From contig JAFRKZ010000087.1 in NCBI GenBank assembly GCA_017431485.1, positions 1 through 57,393 on the forward strand: 57,393 bases of DNA. The letters are read 5' to 3'. Source of the stretch: Parasporobacterium sp. Lineage in GTDB: Bacteria > Bacillota > Clostridia > Lachnospirales > Lachnospiraceae. This document shows, piece after piece, positions 18,700 through 26,943 of this stretch. The notes below the pieces were generated by a model that saw only the letters and a program-made list of their open reading frames with translations, did no database searches and was not told where the DNA came from. Made by a program: the position numbers and the translations under genes. Each line of letters opens with the position of its first letter. Position 1 is the first letter of the stretch.

Positions 18700-19143
18700 A
18701 AGGCTTCTTGTTTTTTTCAGTTGGCGATTTTGAGAATAGTCGGGTATCCCTGATTTCGCCTGATGCTGATTTTGAGAATAGTGGGGTATCCTCATTTTCA
18801 CCAGATACTTTTTTTGAGAATAGTGGACTATCCTTATTTTCACCAGATGTTGATTTTGAGAATAGTCAAGTATACTTAATATCGACGGATGTTGATTTTA
18901 AGAATAGTCGATTATTCTTGTTTTAACTAAATGTCGATTTTGAGAATAGTTGGGTATCCCTGTTTCATCTAAATATCGGTTTTGAGAATAGTGGACCATA
19001 CTCATTTTCACCAGATACTTTTTTTGAGAATAGTGGACCATCCTTATTATTACCAGATGTTGATTTTGAGAATAGTCAAGTATAATATCGGCTGATGCTT
19101 TTTTTGAGAATGGTCTGGTATCCTCAAAGCAACGGTGACAGGA
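18700..19143. repeat. tandem array A: 10 units of a 42-nt hairpin repeat, core TTTTGAGAATAGT
   Basis: The core starts at 18728, 18770, 18812, 18854, 18896, 18938, 18980, 19022 and 19064, each exactly 42 nt apart, then at 19102. Units 2-4 resemble units 7-9, giving a 210-nt super-repeat. Confidence 0.9.
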
Positions 19144-19168
19144 TAACACCGGATAACACACTTTTTTG

Positions 19169-19197
19169 TTGAATTTGCCTGCGTTTAATTGTATCAT
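19169..19197 (+). promoter_or_regulatory. promoter TTGAAT-17-TATCAT for rnpB
   Basis: Hexamers at 19169-19174 and 19192-19197. The P1 helix of RNase P RNA starts about 8 nt downstream. Confidence 0.55.
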
Positions 19198-19204
19198 ATA
19201 AATT

Positions 19205-19550
19205 CGAGCAGGCTGAATGGTCGCGCTGTGCGTGTGCTTGCATGCGCAGGTGAGGAAAGTCCGGGCTTCACAGGGCAGGATGCCAGATAACGTCTGGCGG
19301 GAGCGATCCCAGGACAAGTGCAACAGAAAGGATACCGCCCGCAAGGGTAAGGGTGAAATGGCAGTGTAAGAGACTACCGGTCCGACGGCAACGCCGGATG
19401 CAATGTAAACTCCATCCGAAGCAAGACCAAACAGATGGCGCTGAGGCGGCCCGCTTAGCCATCGGGTAGGTTGCGAAGAGACGGCTGGCGACAGCCGGAC
19501 AAGATAGATGACCATTTTCAATGACAGAACCCGGCTTACAGGCCTGCTCG
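19205..19550 (+). ncRNA. rnpB: RNase P RNA, bacterial type A
   Basis: P1 pairing CGAGCAGGC/GCCTGCTCG. Universal blocks GAGGAAAGTCCGGGC and ACAGAACCCGGCTTA. Type-A-like CAGGGCAGGATGCCAGATAACGTCTGG, GTGCAACAGAAAG and GGTAAGGGTGAAA. Confidence 0.93.
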
Positions 19551-19638
19551 CCTTTTCTGATCCTATCAGGAGCTTGATAAGAAGCATCGAAAGAACCGAA
19601 AGCCAGAATAAAGGGCGGCTGACACGGAGGATGTACCC

Positions 19639-19878
19639 ATGGAACATAACGAAGCAGAAGTATGGTATGAAAAGTTTCTGGATTCCAGACTGATCAGGGA
19701 AAAACGGGAGATCCTTCAGAGGATCTACCGGGAAGGGATCCTTACCGACAAGATGATCGATGATTTTGCGGTGACCCTGGATATCGTGATCCCTCAGGCA
19801 GATCTGGAGAATCGGTATTATGATCTGTTGCGGTGCCTGGATTCCCTGGCGAAATTTGAGACCACAGGCCTTCGGTAA
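19639..19878 (+). CDS. small hypothetical protein (79 aa)
   Basis: GGAGG 8 nt upstream of the ATG and a helical, charged sequence. No family recognised. Confidence 0.5.
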   Translation: MEHNEAEVWYEKFLDSRLIREKREILQRIYREGILTDKMIDDFAVTLDIVIPQADLENRYYDLLRCLDSLAKFETTGLR

Positions 19879-19960
19879 TGAACGGTGTAATAAGAACACA
19901 GAAGCATAGCTGTCCGATAAACCGGACAGGAAAGTATCTATACTGACAAAGAGGTTATAT

Positions 19961-21448
19961 ATGGAAATCAGATACAAGAGCACAAGAGGAGACGGAACAC
20001 TGATCAGCGCCAGCCAGGCAGTCCTGCAGGGACTGGCTCCGGACGGCGGCCTTTATGTACCGGATGCAATCCCTTCCCTGGATACGCCGCTTCAGGATCT
20101 GGCGGAAATGGAATATAAAGAGATCGCTTACCTGGTCATGAGTAAGTATCTGTCTGATTATACGGAAGCAGAATTGAAGGAGTGTATCGAAAAAGCCTAC
20201 GACAGCAAGTTCGATACCGATCAGATCGCTCCGGTAGTCCTGAAAGGGCAGGCGTATTATATGGAACTGTTCCACGGCGCCACCATTGCCTTTAAGGATA
20301 TGGCGCTTTCTATCCTTCCGCATCTGCTTACCAAAGCGGCGCAGAAGAACAAGATCACGGATGAGATCGTGATCCTCACTGCAACCTCCGGGGATACGGG
20401 AAAAGCTGCCCTGGCAGGATTTGCTGACGTAGAGGGCACGAAGATCGCGGTCTTTTATCCCAAGGGCGGCGTCAGCCGCATCCAGGAGCTGCAGATGGTG
20501 ACCCAGAAAGGGGATAATACCTTTGTGGCAGGCGTACGCGGCAATTTCGATGACGCCCAGACCGGCGTGAAGAAGATGTTCAACGATACCCGCCTGAAGC
20601 AGGAACTGAAAGAGCGGGGATTCAGGTTCTCATCCGCCAACTCCATCAATATCGGACGTCTGGTACCGCAGATCGCCTACTATGTCTGGGCTTATTCGAG
20701 GCTTGTAAAGGACGGCACCGTAAAAGCCGGTGATAAGATCAATTTTGTAGTTCCCACAGGCAATTTCGGCAATATCCTGGCCGGCTACTATGCAAAACTC
20801 ATGGGCCTGCCGGTACATAAGCTGATCTGTGCTTCCAATGACAATAAAGTCCTGTATGATTTCTTCCGGACAGGGATCTATAACCGGAACCGGGAATTTA
20901 TCCTGACCACATCCCCGTCCATGGATATCCTGATCTCCAGCAACCTGGAACGGCTGATCTTCAAGGTCTGTGCCTTTTCTCCGGAGCAGAACCGCCAGTA
21001 TATGAAGGAACTGGCGGAGAAGGGCGTTTATACCCTGACTCTGAACCAGATCGCGCAGCTGGAAGATTTTGTACCGGGCTATGCCGATGAAAAGGAAGAT
21101 GCGCAGGAGATCCGGCAGATGTATGAGGAGACGGGTTATGTGATGGATCCGCATACTGCCGTAGCATCTGCCGTATACCGGAAGTATCTGAAGGAAACAG
21201 AAGATACCACCCCGGCAGTGATCGTTTCCACGGCAAGCCCTTACAAATTTGCCCGTTCCGTCATGACGGCCATTGATCCGGCATATGATCAGATGGATGA
21301 CTTTGCCTTGATCGAGGAACTTCGGAAAACATCGAAGATCCCCGTCCCGAACGCTATCCGGGAGATCCTGGATGCGCAGATCCGGCATGACCATGTATGC
21401 GGGATCGATGAGATGGAAGCAGCAGTAAAAGGGTTTCTTAAAGTATGA
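19961..21448 (+). CDS. thrC: threonine synthase
   Basis: 495 aa. N-terminus YKSTRG..QAVLQGLAPDGGLYVP and PLP-lysine context TIAFKDMAL. Confidence 0.93.
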   Translation: MEIRYKSTRGDGTLISASQAVLQGLAPDGGLYVPDAIPSLDTPLQDLAEMEYKEIAYLVMSKYLSDYTEAELKECIEKAYDSKFDTDQIAPVVLKGQAYYMELFHGATIAFKDMALSILPHLLTKAAQKNKITDEIVILTATSGDTGKAALAGFADVEGTKIAVFYPKGGVSRIQELQMVTQKGDNTFVAGVRGNFDDAQTGVKKMFNDTRLKQELKERGFRFSSANSINIGRLVPQIAYYVWAYSRLVKDGTVKAGDKINFVVPTGNFGNILAGYYAKLMGLPVHKLICASNDNKVLYDFFRTGIYNRNREFILTTSPSMDILISSNLERLIFKVCAFSPEQNRQYMKELAEKGVYTLTLNQIAQLEDFVPGYADEKEDAQEIRQMYEETGYVMDPHTAVASAVYRKYLKETEDTTPAVIVSTASPYKFARSVMTAIDPAYDQMDDFALIEELRKTSKIPVPNAIREILDAQIRHDHVCGIDEMEAAVKGFLKV

Positions 21449-21948
21449 ACGGCATTATTAACTGGATCGCGCAGACGTTTGCGGGATGGAATCATGAACT
21501 GGTGATCTTTATCATCTCCCTGTTCCCGATCCTGGAACTTCGGGGAGGGCTGATCGCAGCCGCCCTGCTGCAGGTGCCTTATGTAAAAGCACTGATCATC
21601 TGCATGATCGGAAACATTATCCCGATCCCCTTTATCCTGCTTCTGATCGAAAAGATCTTTCAATGGATGAAGAAGTTCAAGACCGCAGGACGGTTTGTGA
21701 ATTTCCTGGAGACAAAGACCCTGAAGAAAAGAGACCGGATCGACAAATGGGGATTCTGGGGCCTCGTGCTGTTTGTGGGGATCCCGCTTCCCGGCACAGG
21801 CGGATGGACAGGCGCTTTATTGGCATCGCTGCTTCGTATCCCTGTAAAAAGATCAGCGCCTGCTATCGGGATCGGCATCTGTCTGGCAGCTGCCATCATG
21901 AGTTTTATCACCTATGGGATTCCCTGGCTGGTCTCCGTATTCGGATAA
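21445..21948 (+). CDS. small multidrug export-like membrane protein (COG2426 family)
   Basis: 167 aa with 4 TM helices and the ELRGG motif near the N-terminus. It overlaps the thrC stop by 4 nt. Confidence 0.7.
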   Translation: MNGIINWIAQTFAGWNHELVIFIISLFPILELRGGLIAAALLQVPYVKALIICMIGNIIPIPFILLLIEKIFQWMKKFKTAGRFVNFLETKTLKKRDRIDKWGFWGLVLFVGIPLPGTGGWTGALLASLLRIPVKRSAPAIGIGICLAAAIMSFITYGIPWLVSVFG

Positions 21949-21978
21949 GGGCAGCCCGGAAGGAAAAGGAACAGATCA

Positions 21979-22575
21979 ATGGATCAGAACAGCAACTTCT
22001 TTGCCATGCTTTCCCGCATGAAATATGTGAACCGGTGGGGACTGATGAGAAATACGATCCCGGAATCCCTCTCGGACCATACCATGGATGTAGTCATTAT
22101 CGCCCATGCACTGGCCGTGATCGCCAATCTGTATTTCGGAAAAGAGATCGATGAGAACAGGACCGCGCTGCTGGCAGCCTTCCACGATGCGCCGGAGATC
22201 CTGACGGGCGATATGCCGACTCCGGTCAAGTATTATGACCCTCAGGTCCGGCAGTCCTATGCCAAAGTGGAAGAAGCGGCCACGGAAAAGATGCTGGATG
22301 CGCTGCCTTCAGAAATGAAAGAGCATTACCGGGATCTGATGAAGGGAGACAGCGAGGAAGACCTCTTGCTTCACCGTTATGTCAAAGCGGCTGATAAAAT
22401 ATCTGCCCTCATCAAATGTATTGAGGAAGAGCAGATGGGAAACCGTGATTTCATCAGGGCCAAGGAAGCCACACAGAAGATCATCGATGGACTTGATATG
22501 CCGGAAGTGAAGTTCTTTATGGAACATTTCATGCCAGGATATTATAGAACACTGGACGAGCAGACGCTTCGATAG
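21979..22575 (+). CDS. yfbR: HD-domain 5'-deoxynucleotidase (YfbR-like)
   Basis: LSRMKYVNRWGLMRN, SDHTMDV and FHDAPEILTGDMPTP motifs. Confidence 0.85.
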   Translation: MDQNSNFFAMLSRMKYVNRWGLMRNTIPESLSDHTMDVVIIAHALAVIANLYFGKEIDENRTALLAAFHDAPEILTGDMPTPVKYYDPQVRQSYAKVEEAATEKMLDALPSEMKEHYRDLMKGDSEEDLLLHRYVKAADKISALIKCIEEEQMGNRDFIRAKEATQKIIDGLDMPEVKFFMEHFMPGYYRTLDEQTLR

Positions 22576-22578
22576 AGC

Positions 22579-23067
22579 TTAGTCTTTCAATGCCTGCCGG
22601 TAGGCTTCGTCGATCCGGTCGGCATCTTCGTGCACCACATAAAGGAGAAAATTCCCCTGCAGATCGATCACTGCATTGCGGCAGAGTTCATACTGGGGAG
22701 GTGCATACCCCTCATAGATATTCATCTGGGATTCCAGACGCTTTTCCACGGATGCCACCAGTTCATCCGCCTGTTCCTCGCTTTTGAGTTTCACGAGCAG
22801 AAGCTCCTCCGCATCCATATTGGAGATCGGGGAGTATAAGATCACGCCGTCATAATCCCTTGCATTAAAGCCGTAATGTTTCTTGAACATCCGCTCCTGG
22901 CTCAGCGAGGACCGTTCGTTTTCAAACAGACCGGTGATCTGTGCGGCAACTTCTTCGGCAGAACGGCGGCTGCCGCTGCTGCGCGTCAGATAAACGATGA
23001 TCACGACAAGAAGGGCCAGGACCATCAGTATACTGATTATTCTTAACAGAAACGCTCTTTTAGTCAT
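22579..23067 (-). CDS. DUF4358-like membrane-anchored protein
   Basis: 162 aa. N-terminal TM, then a region resembling DUF4358 (YGFNARDYDGVILYSPISNMDAEELLLVKLKSEE..). It overlaps the upstream gene by 8 nt. Confidence 0.65.
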   Translation of the reverse strand: MTKRAFLLRIISILMVLALLVVIIVYLTRSSGSRRSAEEVAAQITGLFENERSSLSQERMFKKHYGFNARDYDGVILYSPISNMDAEELLLVKLKSEEQADELVASVEKRLESQMNIYEGYAPPQYELCRNAVIDLQGNFLLYVVHEDADRIDEAYRQALKD

Positions 23068-23866
23068 TAAACACCATCGTATCCTTTAAATATTGTTTTA
23101 AGATCCTTTCTGCCAACAGAGGATAGAACGGAGCGTAGAAGTGCGATCCATCCTCTCCGAACAGATCTTCATTTTCCTCCACAAGATCAGACACGTCGAT
23201 CGTATTGTATCCCCGTTCCTCATAGATCTGCATGGATACTTCATCCCAGGTAATGGCTTTCTGTACGAGCCCCGGTATATTATAAAAGTCTTCCACACGT
23301 TCCCTTGGGATCAGGATGGACTGGATATAGATGCGGGCATCCGGAAGATGCTCCTGGATATAATCCACGTATTCCATTTCGATCTCAGCGTATTCCGCCG
23401 GGTCATAACACAGCCAGTCAATATCATTCAGGCCATAAGCGAGTACGATCAGACTGGGATTGGCAGCCCATAATTCCTCGAAATGGTCTTCTATACCGCG
23501 AATAGTCTTCCCGCCTTCTGCCAGGACCCGGCTTGCATCCATGAATCCATAGGAAGCGAAGGCCATTGTTCTGGAGTCTCCCATCATAATGGTCCCGATC
23601 TGGTCCAGGGCAGTCCAGACATAGTCGGGATCCTCCTCGATCTTTTCGTCCAGATCCTCAAAAAAGAGGGACTGTCTGACAGCGTTGACTTCTTTTTCCA
23701 CCGCATTGACATCCAAGGATTCCATGCTCCGGATATATTCCAGGCCTTCCGTGATCTGTGCATCCTGCCGGCCCGGTTTTGCAAGGACCAGGATCAGGAC
23801 AACAATTGCCGCTATGACGGCAAGTGAGAGGAATATGAAGATGTATTTCCGATGGTTGCGGTTCAT
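23060..23866 (-). CDS. SGNH/GDSL hydrolase-family protein, membrane-anchored
   Basis: TM anchor. SGNH blocks MMGDSRT (I), YGLNDI (III) and EDGSHF (V). Confidence 0.8.
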   Translation of the reverse strand: MNRNHRKYIFIFLSLAVIAAIVVLILVLAKPGRQDAQITEGLEYIRSMESLDVNAVEKEVNAVRQSLFFEDLDEKIEEDPDYVWTALDQIGTIMMGDSRTMAFASYGFMDASRVLAEGGKTIRGIEDHFEELWAANPSLIVLAYGLNDIDWLCYDPAEYAEIEMEYVDYIQEHLPDARIYIQSILIPRERVEDFYNIPGLVQKAITWDEVSMQIYEERGYNTIDVSDLVEENEDLFGEDGSHFYAPFYPLLAERILKQYLKDTMVFND

Positions 23867-23869
23867 AGG

Positions 23870-25033
23870 TTATGATTCAGCCGTTAAAGCGCCGGCTATG
23901 GAATTGTCTTCCACAAAGGTATTTACATTGTACAGGAACAGGATATCCGTGATCTCCGAGGTGGTGACCAACTGGTCCAGATCATCGCTGTAATAACGCG
24001 GATCGACGATATAGATCGATCCGAAATGGGGAAGAAGGAACTGGACAAAAGCATTGGCGTAGGAATCCTTGATCAGGAGAAGGTTTTTCTTGTTCGCCGC
24101 CGTTGTCCTGATCCTGATGAGCGGATGATTTCCTCCGAGGAACACTTCATATTGATTGTTTGTATCAAGGGCAGAAGAACTGTACATGGTAGCGGTTTTT
24201 CTGCTTTCACCGACATATTCGACGACATACTGGATATCGCTGTCCGGAACATACAGATCGATCACATCCCGTACGTTTGAAGCGCCGGAAGCAGAAGCGA
24301 GGGTTCCGGAAAAACGGTCGGTTGCTTCGTATTTCGTGTACGATAATACAGGATCTGTGATGCCAAGGGAGGGACACAGGGCTTCAAAAGCATATCTGGC
24401 TCCCAGACTGGTCCAGTGATGATCGCTTTTATAGAATATGTATTCCGTACGATGTGCCATAAGATCCTGCGTCAGATCGACAAAATGAAGGCCGGATCCT
24501 AATGTATCCGAGATCTTGCGGAGGATCTCCTCCTGATCGATGGACGGAGCTCCGGGAGGAAGAAGATGACGAAGGACACAGACTGCATTGGGGATCACCG
24601 TCATAACGATATTCTGATCTCCCGCATGCCGAAGGGCAAAATCCCGGATGGCATCCAGGTTCCTTTCAAAATCTTCCTCTGCCGGTTTCTTGGCCTGTTC
24701 GATCAGGTATCCCTGTTTTCCGAGGTAGACGCCGTTGGATTCCTTTTTGCCCAGCAGTTTATCTGTATTCAGTTTGTAGGTGATCCAGCCGTCCCGCAGA
24801 AAGAACTGGTCGGAGACAAAGCTTTCTGCCTTGGTCATGTATTTGCCGGAGATGATATTTGAAGCAGTCAGAACAGGCGGCTTGGCCAGTACCCGGTTCT
24901 CCCGTTCCGAAAACTGCCGGTTGTGGTCCGCCAGCAGGAAAATGTCTGCCAGGATGATGATCGCAGCAAACAGGACCAGCGTTGTGATCCTGATAAAGCG
25001 GTTTTTTTGTTTTTGCTGCGTTTTTCTGTCCAT
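23870..25033 (-). CDS. DHHW-family protein (AlgJ/AlgX-like acyltransferase partner)
   Basis: Literal YKSDHHWTSLG motif and an N-terminal TM. Start set at Met62 of the track ORF (ATG 25033, AAGGAAGG RBS), 11 nt after the MBOAT stop. Confidence 0.8.
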   Translation of the reverse strand: MDRKTQQKQKNRFIRITTLVLFAAIIILADIFLLADHNRQFSERENRVLAKPPVLTASNIISGKYMTKAESFVSDQFFLRDGWITYKLNTDKLLGKKESNGVYLGKQGYLIEQAKKPAEEDFERNLDAIRDFALRHAGDQNIVMTVIPNAVCVLRHLLPPGAPSIDQEEILRKISDTLGSGLHFVDLTQDLMAHRTEYIFYKSDHHWTSLGARYAFEALCPSLGITDPVLSYTKYEATDRFSGTLASASGASNVRDVIDLYVPDSDIQYVVEYVGESRKTATMYSSSALDTNNQYEVFLGGNHPLIRIRTTAANKKNLLLIKDSYANAFVQFLLPHFGSIYIVDPRYYSDDLDQLVTTSEITDILFLYNVNTFVEDNSIAGALTAES

Positions 25034-25044
25034 AAAGCCTTCCT

Positions 25045-26457
25045 TTAAAACTTGAAATAAAGAAACGGATTGTAGGTCGCGTTTACCAGATATGCCAGGG
25101 ATGTCACAAACAGCAGGACATAAACGGCAGAGGCGACGATCTGGCCCCATCGTTTTCCTGCCTGCGATATCATGCCAAACAGTCTGCGGACCAGCGGAGT
25201 GGAGCAAAGAACGCACAATATCAGCAGGATAAGGTAAGAGGTCAGGTAATACCAGGTTGCGGGATCCGAAAACCCGTTGCCCAGCAGACCGAACAGGGCT
25301 TTGAAATTATCCCAGAGTCCGGGTACGGACGGGGCGGTAAAGATCAGCCATCCGATCACAAAAAAGAAGATCGTATAAATATGCTGGAAAACCCGGGGGG
25401 ATCTCCGGAGGGCTCTTCCCCAGATGTATTTCTCCAGCAGAAGAAGGATCCCGTAATACAGTCCCCAGAGAATATAACACCAGGCGGCTCCGTGCCAGAG
25501 ACCGGTGAGCGCCCAGACGACCATGATATTCCTGATATGGCGAAGGGGATTGACCCGGTTGCCTCCCAGGGGGATATAGACGTATTCCCGGAACCAGGTG
25601 CTCAGGGAGATATGCCATCTGCGCCAGAATTCCGTAATGCTCCGGGAGATATAGGGATGATCGAAGTTCTGTGAGAAGGTAAACCCCAGCATCCGGCCCA
25701 GGCCGATCGCCATGTCAGAGTAGCCTGAGAAATCAAAATAGATCTGGAAGGTGTAGGCGATGATCCCGATCCAAGCCGTAAGGGCAGGCCGCTGTGCGGC
25801 GGGGATGGCAGAAACCGTATCAAAGAGCATGCCGATGTTGTTGGCCAGCAGCACTTTCTTTGCAAGGCCGCGGATAAAAAAGACCGCACCGTCTGCCGCC
25901 TTGTCCAGCGTGATCGTCCTTTTCTTCAGCTGCTGACGGATCTCCTCGTATCGCACAATAGGGCCTGCGATCAGCTGCGGGAACATGGTGATATAGGCGC
26001 CGAAATCGATGATGTTGTACTGAACGTTCACCTTTCCCCAGTAAACATCGATCACATAGGACAGGATCTGGAAAGTATAGAAGGAAATTCCAATGGGAAG
26101 CGGCAGATCCCTGATCGGGATATGGGTCCCTAAAAGAGCATTTAAATTGGTCAGGAAAAAACCGTAGTATTTGAAAAAGCAGAGGATCCCGATGTTGACG
26201 GCGACTGTAAAGACAAAGACGTGCTTTCTGGTTTTGCGGACCCTGCGTGACGTCAGGTCGCCCAGCTGAATGCCTGCAAAATAGTTAAAGACGATACTGA
26301 ACATCATCAGCAGCACATAGACAGGCTCACCCCAGGCATAAAAGACCAGGCTCGCCAGAAGAAGGAGAGCATTCTTAAACCTGAAGGGGAGAATGTAGTA
26401 CAATATTAATGTGACCGGTAAAAAAACGCACAAAAAAAAGGTGCTGCTGAAAATCAT
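25045..26457 (-). CDS. MBOAT-family O-acyltransferase (AlgI/DltB-like)
   Basis: 470 aa, polytopic. Conserved FWRRWHISLSTWFREYVYIPLGGN block with the MBOAT catalytic His. Confidence 0.9.
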   Translation of the reverse strand: MIFSSTFFLCVFLPVTLILYYILPFRFKNALLLLASLVFYAWGEPVYVLLMMFSIVFNYFAGIQLGDLTSRRVRKTRKHVFVFTVAVNIGILCFFKYYGFFLTNLNALLGTHIPIRDLPLPIGISFYTFQILSYVIDVYWGKVNVQYNIIDFGAYITMFPQLIAGPIVRYEEIRQQLKKRTITLDKAADGAVFFIRGLAKKVLLANNIGMLFDTVSAIPAAQRPALTAWIGIIAYTFQIYFDFSGYSDMAIGLGRMLGFTFSQNFDHPYISRSITEFWRRWHISLSTWFREYVYIPLGGNRVNPLRHIRNIMVVWALTGLWHGAAWCYILWGLYYGILLLLEKYIWGRALRRSPRVFQHIYTIFFFVIGWLIFTAPSVPGLWDNFKALFGLLGNGFSDPATWYYLTSYLILLILCVLCSTPLVRRLFGMISQAGKRWGQIVASAVYVLLFVTSLAYLVNATYNPFLYFKF

Positions 26458-26486
26458 ACGGATTCCCCAGGGTGTTATTTTCGGGT

Positions 26487-26515
26487 ATTATATCACACTC
26501 TGCCTGATTTGCTAT
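26487..26515 (-). promoter_or_regulatory. extended -10 promoter (TGaTATAAT) of the MBOAT-DHHW-SGNH-DUF4358 operon
   Basis: The minus strand reads ATAGCA-17-TATAAT with TGn immediately upstream of the -10, about 30 nt before ATG 26457. Confidence 0.55.
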
Positions 26516-26583
26516 CCTTTTTCTTCTGCGCCTCAGAAAACTGCAATGTACGGGGAAAAGACACAGCACAAAAGAAGTAACGG

Positions 26584-26612
26584 TTGTCATTCGCACCGGG
26601 AAATGGTATGAT
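26584..26612 (+). promoter_or_regulatory. candidate promoter TTGTCA-17-TATGAT (TG-extended)
   Basis: Hexamers at 26584-26589 and 26607-26612 with TGg just upstream of the -10. It points into an ORF-free region that ends in a strong terminator. Confidence 0.45.
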
Positions 26613-26618
26613 AAAGAC

Positions 26619-26829
26619 GCCCGGACCGGCTGATATTTTGAACCTACATCGATTAATAGGGATTCCAATATTTTTTAGCCTATGACATGCCTCGTTCGTG
26701 TGGACTTCAGAAGTTAAAGTGCGGTAAAACCCACCTGGCAAACGCTAGGGATCAAAATTCAGCTCAGGTTTTGGGCATTGTTTTTTCAGATGACAGGCTG
26801 TTTCTTCTTTGAAGAGACAGCCTTTTTAT
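26619..26829 (+). ncRNA. candidate structured sRNA (~210 nt), family unassigned
   Basis: The unit is bounded by the promoter above and a terminator. Bases 26619-26644 can pair with 26749-26776 in a long interrupted helix. There is no RBS-preceded ORF. Confidence 0.4.
26795..26829 (+). terminator. strong, plus-strand-specific rho-independent terminator
   Basis: 13-bp stem AGGCTGTTTCTTC/GAAGAGACAGCCT followed by TTTTATT. The opposite strand has no T run. Confidence 0.8.
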
Positions 26830-26857
26830 TGACACCACCCGGCAACTGTACTAAAAT
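26829..26857 (+). promoter_or_regulatory. promoter TTGACA-17-TAAAAT for pheST
   Basis: Hexamers at 26829-26834 and 26852-26857. The leader to ATG 26944 is about 80 nt. Confidence 0.65.
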
Positions 26858-26943
26858 CTTATGCACGTGTGCACTTGCTGCACTCTATTCGTGTAGCTTC
26901 AAATATCATTAGACATTCTTTACTTATATAAGGGGATAAGAAT

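Noticed and set aside
18700-19143. CRISPR array interpretation of the two repeat arrays (also 44318..44640)
   Set aside because: The period is only 42 nt and the intervening parts are themselves repeated and degenerate, so there are no unique spacers. There is no leader and no cas genes, and the units are hairpin-plus-T-run modules continuous with real terminators.
26608-26685. Phe-attenuator leader peptide (25 codons, MIKTPGPADILNLHRLIGIPIFFSL) upstream of pheS
   Set aside because: It has only two Phe codons and a weak RBS. Its ATG overlaps the predicted -10 of the candidate promoter, so it would not be on the transcript.
26718-26740. T-box riboswitch for pheS
   Set aside because: The only T-box-like string (GGTGGGTTTTACCGCAC) is on the minus strand and has an insertion relative to GGGTGGTACCGCG. 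It is in the wrong order relative to the F-box-like CCGTTAC and is not followed by a terminator. Nothing resembling the T-box precedes the plus-strand terminator. valS also lacks room for a leader, being 12 nt from the upstream gene.
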